This document shows, one piece after another, positions 63,434-64,000 of a DNA stretch of 64,000 bases; within the stretch, counting starts at the first letter, position 1; each line of letters opens with the position of its first letter. Source of the stretch: an uncultured delta proteobacterium (GTDB lineage: Bacteria; Desulfobacterota; Binatia; UBA9968); the NCBI GenBank assembly GCA_963727625.1, contig CAVSHR010000011.1, positions 288,001-352,000 on the forward strand, given 5' to 3'. The notes under the pieces are model-generated. The model had not been told where the DNA came from, did no database searches, and worked only from the letters and a program-made list of their open reading frames with translations. The translations under genes were made by a program, and so were the position numbers.

Positions 63434-64000
63434 TTTTGATGATAACCCGTTGCAGTACGTCGGCGACGTCTTCCATGGTATCGGTGGTCTCTTCGAGCAT
63501 CTCGTAGATTTCTTTCCAGCGAATCAGGTTAAACATATCGTCCTTGTGGTTGACGATCTCGACTAGCGCCTCGCGCAAGATCCGATCGCCGTTATTCTCG
63601 ATCGTATTGATTTCCTTGATATGCTCGTTCACCAGGCGAAAATTTTTTTTCTCCCGAAGATTGGGCATGGCCATGTGCAGCTCCTTCGCGCCGCTGCGAA
63701 TCAGGTGGGCCAATTGGCGGGCTTTCTCGGTGGGCGCTTCGATGCGAAAGATCTGCATTCGGACGGCCGTTGCTTCAATCTTATCGATGGAATCGTCCAG
63801 GGCCGAGATCAGCCGTTCGATATCTTCGCTGTCGAGCGGGATAATCAGCGTGTGCATCAGCAGATGCATGACTTCATGGACGATAAAGTCGCCGCGATGC
63901 TCCAATTCGGTGATGCGCGCGACTTTGCTCTCCACCTGCTCATAATTGTCGAACAAGTCTTGGAGGATTTCCGCCGCTTCGAGCAGGTTGCCGGTGGCTT
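63426..64000 (-). CDS. DUF47/PhoU-like PiT accessory protein (5' end outside window)
   Basis: LEHRGD, PLDSEDI, IENNGD, WKEIYEMLE; overlaps pit start. Confidence 0.88.
   Translation of the reverse strand, partial: ATGNLLEAAEILQDLFDNYEQVESKVARITELEHRGDFIVHEVMHLLMHTLIIPLDSEDIERLISALDDSIDKIEATAVRMQIFRIEAPTEKARQLAHLIRSGAKELHMAMPNLREKKNFRLVNEHIKEINTIENNGDRILREALVEIVNHKDDMFNLIRWKEIYEMLEETTDTMEDVADVLQRVIIKNG

Overview
GC-rich bacterial chromosome segment; gene content and repeat style suggest a deltaproteobacterial-type lineage such as Ca. Binatia (inference only). The left ~40 kb is a cell-surface island. It holds two PEP-CTERM genes split by a decayed RAYT/Y1 transposase, an HTTM-DCC fusion, a frameshifted subtilase under a c-di-GMP-I riboswitch, an EAL phosphodiesterase, a REC-GGDEF cyclase and a kinase. 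It also holds a complete Tad/Flp pilus locus with DsbA, flanked by two GT-C-like membrane proteins, and an uncharacterised block (MshEN-like AAA ATPase, sigma54 activator, SH3-retropepsin, DUF4388, output-less HAMP protein, SBP-LysM fusion). About ten correctly spaced sigma54 -24/-12 motifs occur across the window, several with candidate enhancer or IHF sites. The right ~24 kb is mostly housekeeping: gatCAB, rnhB, YraN, serS, all four tRNA-Ser isoacceptors, tRNA-Arg(ACG), tadA, SRP RNA, dnaX-ybaB-recR, pit, plus a radical SAM, a beta-CASP nuclease, an Fe3+-type ABC transporter and a copA remnant. Intergenic 7-mer repeat arrays recur. Several single-base frameshifts may be assembly errors. All calls are by eye; no searches were run.
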